A stretch of 63,881 bases of DNA, filler included, from Folioceros fuciformis (Eukaryota), in assembly GCA_049999805.1 (NCBI GenBank). It is 6 parts of 6 records of this genome, joined end to end, with 100 filler letters (N's around TTAATTAATTAA, not from the genome) between each part and the next. Parts side by side here need not be neighbours in the genome. Positions count along the whole stretch, not along the records: positions 62,772 to 63,881 come from JBNGIO010005917.1; 5 more parts are not named here. The stretch is one strand, 5' to 3'. The translations under genes and the position numbers were made by a program. This document shows, piece after piece, positions 62,672 through 63,881 of this stretch. Within the stretch, counting starts at the first letter, position 1. Each line of letters starts with the position of its first letter. Below the pieces are notes generated by a model. That model was not told the origin of the DNA and made no database searches. It saw nothing but the letters and a program-made list of their open reading frames with translations.

Positions 62672-62771
62672 NNNNNNNNNNNNNNNNNNNNNNNNNNNNN
62701 NNNNNNNNNNNNNNNTTAATTAATTAANNNNNNNNNNNNNNNNNNNNNNNNNNNNNNNNNNNNNNNNNNNN

Positions 62772-63881
62772 CATTTTGGGGAGTCAACTCTCATGGCAAG
62801 GATTGTTTATATCAGTGGAGATTCTTACCATTTGGATTAAAGAATGCTCCAGCTGAGTTTCAGCGAGTCATGGATAGGATTCTCGCAGGATTGGATTTCG
62901 CCCGTTGTTACATTGATGACATTCTGGTGTTCAGTGCTACAGTGGAGGAGCATCAGAGGCATTTACAGGTTGTGTTTGAGCGGTTGACAGCTCATGGGCT
63001 AAAATTACATCCGGGGAAGTGTAAGTTCTTTCATGACCAGATTGAGTACTTAGGACACACCATCTACCCAGGTGGGTTGGGTGTTCAGCAGAGTAAGGTT
63101 GAGGCCATTGCACGTATTCCGCGCCCTTCAGATGTGAGCCGAGTCCGAGCATTCTTAGGATTGGCGAACTTCTATCGACGTTATGTGAAAGGGTTTAGCG
63201 CGATTGCAAAGGCACTCACCAAGTTAACTAAGTTGGATCAGGAGTGGCAGTGGGGAGATGAGCAGGAGAGAGCTTTTCAGGAGCTCAAGGATAGATTGAC
63301 ATCTGCACCCATCTTGAGGAGACCGATTAGGGGGCGTCCTTTTGAGTTACACACTGATTGGAGTATGTTGGGGATTGGAGCAGTGTTGACACAGAGAGAT
63401 GATGATGAGAGGGAGTTTGTGGTGGCATTTGCGAGCCGCTCNNNNNNNNNNNNNNNNNNNNNNNNNNNNNNNNNNNNNNNNNNNNNNNNNNNNNNNNNNN
63501 NNNNNNNNNNNNNNNNNNNNNNNNNNNNNNNNNNNNNNNNNAGTTTGGGCCGTGGCACATTTCAGATGCTATTTGTTTGGTAACCCTTTCACTCTGGTCA
63601 CGGATCACCAACCACTGAAGTGGTTGATGGAGTCAGAGAAGCTCACAGGGAAGCTTGCTCGTTGGGCTCTGATTTTACAAGAGTATGACTTTCAAGTAGT
63701 GCATCGACCTGGAGTAGTTAATCGTGATGCGGATGGTTTGAGCCGTAACCCATGTGAGAGTCAGGAGGATGTGACTGGCGCTCGATGGCATGATGAGGCA
63801 GATTTGGAGATGGTTCCTGGTTGGCATGCATCTACTTTCTTAGGGATGCTAGCTATGGACTCTAGTATGGAGTTTGGCGAT
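62772..63881 (+). mobile_element. Ty3/gypsy retrotransposon pol fragment (reverse transcriptase + RNase H), apparently young
   Basis: YQWRFLPFGLKNAPAEFQRVMD...CYIDDILVFS...YLGHTI...FLGLANFYRRYV...LHTDWS...VAFASR...TDHQPLKWL...ARWALILQEYDF...ADGLSR; no stops seen in the 237-aa ORF (62870-63583). Confidence 0.95.

Overview
Eukaryotic, gene-dense land-plant nuclear DNA with short introns. It is most likely a hornwort such as Anthoceros; this is inferred from the GRP-terminated DYW:KP PPR genes and the compact gene structure. The window is a draft assembly: five N-TTAATTAATTAA-N spacers mark artificial contig joins, and four plain N gaps are scaffold gaps. The most notable content is a family of intronless PLS-class PPR genes. 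They end in the variant DYW:KP/'GRP' deaminase-like domain linked to reverse U-to-C organellar RNA editing, and each carries an N-terminal OSB-type 'PDF' motif (WWDNR..K....P[D/H]F..K....LWL....P.WV), known as an ssDNA-binding module. The copies are one intact gene (7548-9944), one pseudogene (686-3687), one copy with an in-frame internal deletion inside a ~3.7-kb tandem array (58889-61633), the start of a further copy (62626) and a short relic (~257-342). Two PG-box E+ PPR genes are also present. Housekeeping and other genes: branched-chain aminotransferase, TIM10, cytosolic aldolase, mevalonate kinase, RopGEF, a PADRE/DUF4228 protein, xylose isomerase, a G-patch protein and two unknown genes. 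Several retrotransposon remnants occur, including a Ty3/gypsy integrase ending in a PHD finger.
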